From an uncultured Candidatus Saccharibacteria bacterium (GTDB taxonomy: Bacteria > Patescibacteriota > Minisyncoccia > Phycocordibacterales > PALSA-1337): a DNA stretch of 64,000 nucleotides. This document shows positions 57,944-64,000 of the stretch, piece by piece. The translations under genes and the position numbers were made by a program. Where the stretch lies: assembly GCA_964495685.1 (NCBI GenBank), contig CAZBVQ010000002.1:38790-102789 (forward strand). Reading direction: 5' to 3'. Each line of letters opens with the position of its first letter. Within the stretch, counting starts at the first letter, position 1. The notes beneath the pieces were generated by a model. It was given only the letters and a program-made list of their open reading frames with translations. It had not been told where the DNA came from and made no database searches.

Positions 57944-58564
57944 ATGCGACCATATTACCATAAAAATATGGAAACGGGAAGCAATTTCTTAGCTGAACAT
58001 AAAGGGAAAATAGTTACCGTTTTCGGCGGTTTTTCAGAGGTATCAAGTGATCAATCCGCAGACATATCGAGGCTTGGGCTATTCCTCAGTAGCCAAAACA
58101 GTTCGGCTTCTTTTTTGATTGGAGGAGTGGTTGGATATCTCAAATCATTTATAAAAGATATACCGGAAAGAAGTTCGAGAATCTGTCTTATAGGATCAAC
58201 TCAGGGAAAGGAAAAGGGATTTCATTCTGAATATGAAAATGAGCTACCCTCTTTATTTTTTGATGGATATTTTGGAAAAAAGAAAATGTTATTTGATGCA
58301 AGGGTTGCGAGTTTTTTAATCTTGCCTGATGGAGGCACGAGCCTCGGTGCGTTAACAGAGCTAATCGAAGCTATTGATCAGGTAAAATCTTTTGACCTAC
58401 TTGTTGATCAGACACCTCGACCTATAGTTTTTTATGGAAAACATTGGAAAGCTTTTTTGGAAAGTATAATCTATCCACGAATAAACGGTGTCACCAAAAG
58501 CTGCATTCATTTTGTCGACGAGGGTGATTACAAAAGTGCAGCAAAAATGCTAAAATTGATGTGA
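57944..58564 (+). CDS. LOG-family (TIGR00730-like) Rossmann-fold protein
   Basis: VFGG near the N-terminus and ILPDGGTSLGALTELIEAI (PGGxGTxxE motif). Confidence 0.55.
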   Translation: MRPYYHKNMETGSNFLAEHKGKIVTVFGGFSEVSSDQSADISRLGLFLSSQNSSASFLIGGVVGYLKSFIKDIPERSSRICLIGSTQGKEKGFHSEYENELPSLFFDGYFGKKKMLFDARVASFLILPDGGTSLGALTELIEAIDQVKSFDLLVDQTPRPIVFYGKHWKAFLESIIYPRINGVTKSCIHFVDEGDYKSAAKMLKLM

Positions 58565-59364
58565 TTTATATGGACTACGATTTCAAAAAACTAGACTACG
58601 GGAAAATAGAGACGAAAATTGTATCTTTTATTAAAGATATAGTTGGAGAAAAAAGTGTGGTCATGGGATTAAGTGGTGGCATTGATTCTTCTGTATCCTG
58701 TGCCCTTGCTGTGAAAGCTTTAGGAAAAGAGCGGGTGAAAGTAATTATTGTTAAAAATACCCAATTTACCAAGGAAGGCATCGATACCGCTCGAGCTTAC
58801 GCGAAGAGCCTGGATGTCCATGTCCAGGAGGTGGACTGCGAAGGTATACGCGATACGTTATTAAAAAATCTTGAAATAAGGAACCCTGATCTAATTCTTC
58901 AGGCGTCCATCGATGTTCGCATATGCGATTTGATTATACGCACAGTCGCTCAAACAGAGAATCGTCTTTATATGGGCACAATAAACAGCACCGAACGCAT
59001 TGTTGGCTGGTATCCGAAAGGAACATTAGTTGGAGATTTTTGCCCCATTAGCGGCCTCTTAAAACAACAACTCAAGGGAATCGCCGAATATATGGGTCTT
59101 GAACAATTAGCGGAGGGTGTTTCAAATGACGCAAGCATTGTATGTGGAGGTTGTGGTGAATTGCCCGAATTTAGGGGTATTCCCTACACAACTTTGGACA
59201 CAGCACTTTATATTTACGAGACAACGACACAGGAAAATCTTTTACAAAAACTTGCTGAATGTGGAATTACTGGTGACCAATGGAGTAAGATTTTGAAAAG
59301 AATTGAGTCAGTTTCTCACAAAAACGATGTATTTCCAAAATTTTGCAGAGTTAATATAAAGTAA
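58561..59364 (+). CDS. nadE: NH3-dependent NAD+ synthetase
   Basis: PP-loop VMGLSGGIDSSV, then RICDLIIRTVAQTENRLYMGTINSTERIVGWYPKGTLVGDFCPISGLLKQQL, matching the NadE pattern (GTgNksE..GY.TkyGDg). Confidence 0.8.
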   Translation: MIYMDYDFKKLDYGKIETKIVSFIKDIVGEKSVVMGLSGGIDSSVSCALAVKALGKERVKVIIVKNTQFTKEGIDTARAYAKSLDVHVQEVDCEGIRDTLLKNLEIRNPDLILQASIDVRICDLIIRTVAQTENRLYMGTINSTERIVGWYPKGTLVGDFCPISGLLKQQLKGIAEYMGLEQLAEGVSNDASIVCGGCGELPEFRGIPYTTLDTALYIYETTTQENLLQKLAECGITGDQWSKILKRIESVSHKNDVFPKFCRVNIK

Positions 59365-59365
59365 G

Positions 59366-60247
59366 CTATCTTTTTATCCATCGCAGAAAATGGTCCGGTG
59401 CATATCCAATCACATAGTCAACCTCACAGCGTTTAAAGCCCGAGTGCACTTCATCAAATATCTCAGCTTCATCAAGTATGCCTGTTTTAGCACCTTCCTT
59501 AAGCATTGAATACTCTCCGCTGACATGATACACAGCTAGGGGTAGTTTTGTCATCTGTCGTGCTTGAAAAACTATATCAAGATAGAACATGGCTGGTTTA
59601 ACCATAACAATATTTGCCCCTTGTTCTTCATCCGCAACAATTTGAGCAAGTGCTTCTTTTGGATTTGAGTAATCAGTTTGATAATATTTTTTATCCTTGC
59701 CCTTGAGAGGTGATTGAATTGTGGCGCGATAAGGACCATACAAGGTGGAGGAAAACTTAGAACTATAGGCCATGATTTTAGTTTTCTGGCATTCATTTTT
59801 ATCGAGAGCCTCTCTCAGGATTTTTACTTGTTTATGAAGAGATAGGCAAGGTGCAATGTAATCGGCACCTGCTTGGGCAAAGGCAATTGCAAGTCTAGAT
59901 GCAAGTTCGTAGCTTTTTTCGTAATCTATTTCTCCATCATTCATGACAGTGCTGTGGCCATCTTCTGAATATGGGGAAAGACCTACATCGGCATATATAA
60001 CCACATCATCACCAAACCTATCCTTAGCACTCTTTATAAAGTTTTTTATCAACCCGGTGGTACAAGCATGATCCACTGATTTATTCTGAGTTGATCCAAA
60101 TACTAAAAAGTCATTAATCCCCTTCTGTAAATACTCATTTATATATTCCAAACCTGAAAATAAAGTATGATAATCCACTCCATTCATTGGAGATCTTTCT
60201 CTCATCTTAGCTTCTTCCTTTAGAAAAATACAAGCAATGTACTTCAT
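59366..60247 (-). CDS. hemB: porphobilinogen synthase (delta-aminolevulinate dehydratase)
   Basis: AQAGADYIAPC, KIMAYSSKFSSTLYGPYR, ANIVMVKPAMFYLDIV and YHVSGEYSM all match HemB blocks. The metal site reads DVGLSPYSEDGHS, a non-cysteine variant. Confidence 0.8.
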   Translation of the reverse strand: MKYIACIFLKEEAKMRERSPMNGVDYHTLFSGLEYINEYLQKGINDFLVFGSTQNKSVDHACTTGLIKNFIKSAKDRFGDDVVIYADVGLSPYSEDGHSTVMNDGEIDYEKSYELASRLAIAFAQAGADYIAPCLSLHKQVKILREALDKNECQKTKIMAYSSKFSSTLYGPYRATIQSPLKGKDKKYYQTDYSNPKEALAQIVADEEQGANIVMVKPAMFYLDIVFQARQMTKLPLAVYHVSGEYSMLKEGAKTGILDEAEIFDEVHSGFKRCEVDYVIGYAPDHFLRWIKR

Positions 60248-60257
60248 ATATTACTTA

Positions 60258-61541
60258 TTATTTAGACCTATTTTCAATTAACCACTCCCAGAGGGGAATG
60301 AACTGTACAGTGGCTCCGTCTTTTTTGACTTCACGCTTTTCATTCCAAGTAATTACAGTAAGCCTCGTAACGCCCAACTCTTGTCCGGCTTCTATGAGTG
60401 CTTTCACTTCTCTTTCTTCCACATCAGGAGTTGTAGATTCATAGGAGACTTGAATCAGCTCTGTGACCTGATAGCCTTTTCTGAGAATGAAATCTATTTC
60501 TCTGTCGTTTCGGGTTTTATAATAGAACAATTCGCGATTTGGTTCGTTTCCCTTTTTAACAAGTTCGACAAATACAAGATTCTCCATGAGCTTGCCGTTA
60601 TTTGGAGAATGCTGAACAGCTTTTGCGGTGACAAGTCCGTTATCGACCACATATGTCTTTCTTGGCGCAAGCATTCTTCCACTTGCTTTTGTGGAATGAC
60701 GCTCGAGAGAAAATATGAGATACGCTTCATTAAGATAGCCGAGATATTTTTCAAGCGTCACGCCGCTTTTAAAGCCGAGAATGTTTACCAGTTTTCGAAC
60801 GCTATATTGACTCGATACGTTGTTTATGAGGAATGATCCCAGGCTGTCTATCTGCTTTGAAAAACGAACTTTGTGTCTTTTTATAACATCCTTGAAGAGA
60901 ACGGCATCAAAAAGCACGTCTAGGTAACCGCGCGGGTCCACGCCTTTCGTCACCACTTCAGGATATCCACCATTAGTCATGTATTGGGTAACATATCCCT
61001 GGAGCTTTGCTTTTTCATCCGGCAATGAAAGTCGCTCCGGCTTTATCTCATACTGTTTTGCTTTGAGAATTTCAGTGAAGCTAAACGGTAATATCTCTAT
61101 GGGTATATGACGACCGGTAAGATGGGTAGCAAGTTCTTTTGAAAGAAGACTCGCATTTGATCCCGTAAGTACGAGGTTATACCCCGCACGATGGAGCCGA
61201 TTGGCAAAAAGTTCCCAGTTTGGAAGATTTTGTATTTCATCAAAAAGAATATATTTAGTGTCGCCGTATGCCTGCTTAAGTTCCGAAAGAAGTTCGTCGA
61301 GGTTTATTTTTTCCTCACCAGGAAGTGCCTCGTCATCAAAATTAAAGTATGCAAAATTCTTGCTTTTAAGAAGCATCAAAGCGAAGACAGATTTTCCTGC
61401 TCGTCGGGGACCGAGAATGACTTTTATGAGATCGGAGGCTATCCATTTTTCTGCATCCATCTCTTTTATTCGGGAAACGTAAGGAAGCGAGAGAAGCCTC
61501 TCCTTATCCTCTTTTTGCTTTGAAACTAAATCTTTTAGCAT
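60258..61541 (-). CDS. AAA+ ATPase with a DUF4143-type C-terminal domain
   Basis: ILGPRRAGKS Walker A, ILFDEIQ Walker B, 427 aa. Confidence 0.7.
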   Translation of the reverse strand: MLKDLVSKQKEDKERLLSLPYVSRIKEMDAEKWIASDLIKVILGPRRAGKSVFALMLLKSKNFAYFNFDDEALPGEEKINLDELLSELKQAYGDTKYILFDEIQNLPNWELFANRLHRAGYNLVLTGSNASLLSKELATHLTGRHIPIEILPFSFTEILKAKQYEIKPERLSLPDEKAKLQGYVTQYMTNGGYPEVVTKGVDPRGYLDVLFDAVLFKDVIKRHKVRFSKQIDSLGSFLINNVSSQYSVRKLVNILGFKSGVTLEKYLGYLNEAYLIFSLERHSTKASGRMLAPRKTYVVDNGLVTAKAVQHSPNNGKLMENLVFVELVKKGNEPNRELFYYKTRNDREIDFILRKGYQVTELIQVSYESTTPDVEEREVKALIEAGQELGVTRLTVITWNEKREVKKDGATVQFIPLWEWLIENRSK

Positions 61542-61639
61542 AGTATTTATATTGTACTGTGCATTTTAGCTCTTTTTTGCACAGTACACCTATTTTACTG
61601 GACAAAATGGTGGCAAGTCAAGGGGATAATAACCAAACT

Positions 61640-61665
61640 AAAACGCCAGAATTAGCTGGCGTTTT
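61640..61665. terminator. perfect hairpin AAAACGCCAG-AATTAG-CTGGCGTTTT
   Basis: 10-bp stem with A and T flanks in a 430-nt intergenic region. Confidence 0.55.
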
Positions 61666-62039
61666 CCAACGGTTTGTTAGTACACGGCTTCCGCCCACTA
61701 TCCCTGTGGTTGAAACTGCTTGGCCGTGCGAGCCTTCGGATTAAAATAGAGTGATCATTCTCTACCCTCCTCCTTATTTAAGCCAGGTAACAGCTCGATG
61801 AAATTGTCTGGCCGAGTACACGGACTTGGGATAAGATCCATGTGCCAAGGCTTTAATAGTAGCACGGGTAGAGTAAATGGCAATCATTAACTGGAATAAG
61901 AAGTAGCCTTATTCCAAACATTAGAATAAGCTGTTGGAATTCAAAATTTCGTATATAATATAGGCAACATATTGTGGGTGCAGGTTTCTTGTCTATGATC
62001 CACAGCCAATTAGTGCCGCGTTCGACACGCATTAATAAA

Positions 62040-62579
62040 ATGAATCCACAAAAAATATTTATTTATGGAGTTCCTGGTTCTGGAAAAACTACATTTTCTA
62101 TAAATTTAAAGGAGAAGATGGGTTACCCACTTGTTGAGGGGGATAATCTTCGGGTCTTAGCTCAAAAAGATAAAACCAAAAAAGAAGCTCCATTTGCTTA
62201 TATGGGGATTAGTGGTGCATTTCGAAAGTTCGGTGGTTTAACAGAAGAAAATGTAATAAAAGGTTTAAGAGCTGTACGGGAGAATATGATTACGTATATA
62301 GAGGAAGAAATAAAAAAATATCCTCATGAATTAATATTGGAATGTGCTTTTTTAGACCCAGAACAAGTAATAAACAAAGGTAGAGTTCTTTTATTGACTA
62401 AAATGGACGAAGACGGTCACAGAAAACAATTCTTTACTCACAGAGAAGAGAACGAAAAAAGTTTGGAACATTTTAAAGCCTCAAGAATTATTCAAGATTT
62501 TTTAATAAAAGAAGCAAAAAATTACCCAATTGAGATTATCGAAAATAATTTTGATTTTAAAGAGGTTGGAAAAGTATAA
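62040..62579 (+). CDS. P-loop NTPase/kinase-like protein (hypothetical)
   Basis: IFIYGVPGSGKTTFS Walker A. Start set at MNPQKIF. Confidence 0.5.
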   Translation: MNPQKIFIYGVPGSGKTTFSINLKEKMGYPLVEGDNLRVLAQKDKTKKEAPFAYMGISGAFRKFGGLTEENVIKGLRAVRENMITYIEEEIKKYPHELILECAFLDPEQVINKGRVLLLTKMDEDGHRKQFFTHREENEKSLEHFKASRIIQDFLIKEAKNYPIEIIENNFDFKEVGKV

Positions 62580-62684
62580 ATTACCATGTCTGCACTATCC
62601 TGAACCAATTCAGGTCTGATATACTGATTAACGAGGTTCTAACGTCGTCTAAGACTCGCAAGGATCAGGGTGTCACTGGTCGGC

Positions 62685-62709
62685 AAAAGGTCCCGAAAGG
62701 GACTTTTTG
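62685..62709 (+). terminator. terminator AAAAGGTCCC-GAAA-GGGACTTTTT
   Basis: GNRA-looped stem followed by a T-run after the kinase-like gene. Confidence 0.55.
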
Positions 62710-62761
62710 CTATCCGCCATATCTCCTATAGCCGATTGTAGCGGATTATAGCGGATTCGAA

Positions 62762-62941
62762 TTATTTCCCTGCAAAAGGCTGATCTCCTTCTCCTTTATT
62801 CGCAAAGTAGAAAGAGAAAGCCATGGAAGCGAGAACCATGAAGTCCTTAGCATCTATCTTTCCATAGAACATTCCTACAATCGTTGCCACTGCCATGAGG
62901 ATAAATACGATCTTTGATGCTGATGAGTATATGCTTTTCAT
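62762..62941 (-). CDS. small two-TM membrane protein (59 aa) immediately downstream of the amidase gene
   Basis: Hand-translated as MKSIYSSASKIVFILMAVATIVGMFYGKIDAKDFMVLASMAFSFYFANKGEGDQPFAGK. It is below the 60-aa cutoff of the ORF track. Confidence 0.3.
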   Translation of the reverse strand: MKSIYSSASKIVFILMAVATIVGMFYGKIDAKDFMVLASMAFSFYFANKGEGDQPFAGK

Positions 62942-62945
62942 AAAA

Positions 62946-63542
62946 TTATAATTGATTTAGTAAACTGATAATCTGATTTTTAATTGCTTCCTTACCGGTC
63001 GGAAACAGTCTTTTAAGAAGTTCCGTTCGGACGATCTCGGGCTTTTCCTTATAGTCCGTAATATCGCCGTGAATTAAAATATTTTTCTCATCGAGGACAA
63101 ACGCTGTGTCAGGGTTATTGGCAAATGACTGCACGAGCTTGGTTAGCTGTTCATACTGCCATTCAGTAATATTATTTTCACTTAGCTCCACTACACCATC
63201 GTGGTCAACGTCATACCCTGCCGCGAGTTCTATACCGATTGTGTATTGATTGGGATTGACCCAGAGATCCGGGAAGTTTTTCTCCATGATTCGCTGTGCT
63301 CGATCATTGGGATTACTTACAACGCCCGCGTGCCAAGCGATATCCGTGAGCTTTACAAGCTGTATGATTTCCCCAGTATTTCTTCCGATAACATAATGAG
63401 CTGATGATCGATTGGGTCTGTTTGCGTTGCACAACCATTCCACGGCACCTTTATAGGCTCCTAGGGTAAAATGAAGCACGACGGCTTTCTTCTTTGTGGG
63501 ACCAGCTGTGAAATTTGGGGATTGTTGAAATGGGACATTCAT
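62946..63542 (-). CDS. N-acetylmuramoyl-L-alanine amidase (Amidase_2/PGRP fold, endolysin-like)
   Basis: SAHYVIGRNTGEIIQLV...DIAWHAG matches the Amidase_2 core. Confidence 0.75.
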   Translation of the reverse strand: MNVPFQQSPNFTAGPTKKKAVVLHFTLGAYKGAVEWLCNANRPNRSSAHYVIGRNTGEIIQLVKLTDIAWHAGVVSNPNDRAQRIMEKNFPDLWVNPNQYTIGIELAAGYDVDHDGVVELSENNITEWQYEQLTKLVQSFANNPDTAFVLDEKNILIHGDITDYKEKPEIVRTELLKRLFPTGKEAIKNQIISLLNQL

Positions 63543-63546
63543 AAAA

Positions 63547-63750
63547 TTATTTGATTAAAAGGTTGATAATTCCGGTAATAAGCCCGGCAATCGAAGCAGA
63601 CATGACGATCCAGAAGAACTTCATAATCCACTCTTGATTCGTCTTCACCACGGCCAAATCTTCCTGAATATGGCTCAGGTGATTTTCCTTGATGTCTTTG
63701 ATTGAAGACTCGATTGTTTCTATTCGTTTTTCCATGTGTGGGAAGGACAT
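63547..63750 (-). CDS. holin-like small membrane protein
   Basis: 67 aa with a charged N-terminus, one TM helix (FFWIVMSASIAGLITGIINLLI) and a position immediately upstream of the amidase gene. Confidence 0.4.
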   Translation of the reverse strand: MSFPHMEKRIETIESSIKDIKENHLSHIQEDLAVVKTNQEWIMKFFWIVMSASIAGLITGIINLLIK

Positions 63751-64000
63751 TTGATTTAGTTTCTTTAGTATGCGTTCATAGGTGTATGTTTTATATTGTT
63801 TTGCTTTGCGTCTTGCTTTTCATATTCGTCTTTGTTGGCGGAGCCTTGCTTGGCTGGATTGGAATAATCATAGGCGGTGTTTTGGCTTTCATGGCGACGG
63901 CTGGTCTAGCTGTTCTTTTGGCGTACTTAGGAATTGGTTGATCGCCTTTGTACCTTGGGAGTTTAAAATTTGAATCCAATATTTTGCTCCGTTCAATGTT

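Noticed and set aside
58561-59364. Possible QueC (7-cyano-7-deazaguanine synthase), considered because of the PP-loop SGGIDSS and the nearby queuosine-type genes
   Set aside because: The downstream blocks (ARIR-like segment, GTINSTERIVGWYPKGTLVGD) match NadE rather than the QueC zinc-binding C-terminus. It is called nadE.
61542-61973. Possible RNase P RNA, SRP RNA or tmRNA in the 430-nt intergenic region, with a similar possibility at 50741-51154
   Set aside because: I could not find the conserved P4/GGAAAGUCC, SRP domain IV (GGAAGCAGC) or tmRNA tRNA-like 3' end motifs by eye. Only a terminator hairpin is supportable.

Overview
This 64 kb window is a densely coded bacterial chromosome segment, about 45% GC by eye, with most genes on the minus strand. 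Recognisable core genes: truB; rpoC and rpoB in an operon; a divergent ndk-like gene; an rpsP / KH-protein / (small CxxC ORF) / trmD cluster with no rimM; a NifS/IscS cysteine desulfurase; valS; a partial dcw cluster (mraZ-rsmH-ftsL-like-ftsI-methyltransferase-murF-like); zwf; ddl; uvrC, uvrA and uvrB at separate sites; a pentose-phosphate operon (rpiB-rpe-split transketolase); an SPFH protein; a two-REC response regulator; a ThiY/SsuA-type ABC transporter interleaved with queuosine-precursor salvage genes; nadE; hemB; a tyrosine integrase; and a holin/amidase pair. There are seven tRNAs: Glu-CTC, Pro-CGG, Ala-GGC, Pro-GGG, Val-CAC, Ala-TGC and Leu-TAG. I saw no rRNA and no CRISPR array. Several proteins are shortened relative to typical homologues (MurF without its N-terminal domain, short ValS, UvrC without the HhH tail). 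Together with the split transketolase this suggests a reduced-genome bacterium, possibly CPR/Patescibacteria-like; that is inference only. The most unusual content is two families of short repeat elements that recur in intergenic spacers and are also inserted in frame inside conserved genes (nifS, uvrC, tktC), reminiscent of Rickettsia palindromic elements. Other notable items are a MITE-like inverted-repeat element with 8-bp flanking direct repeats, a duplicated tRNA-Leu 3' end next to a small accessory island (RhuM fragment, HEPN-like ORF), duplicated terminator and leader modules, and a candidate 7-deazapurine salvage operon.
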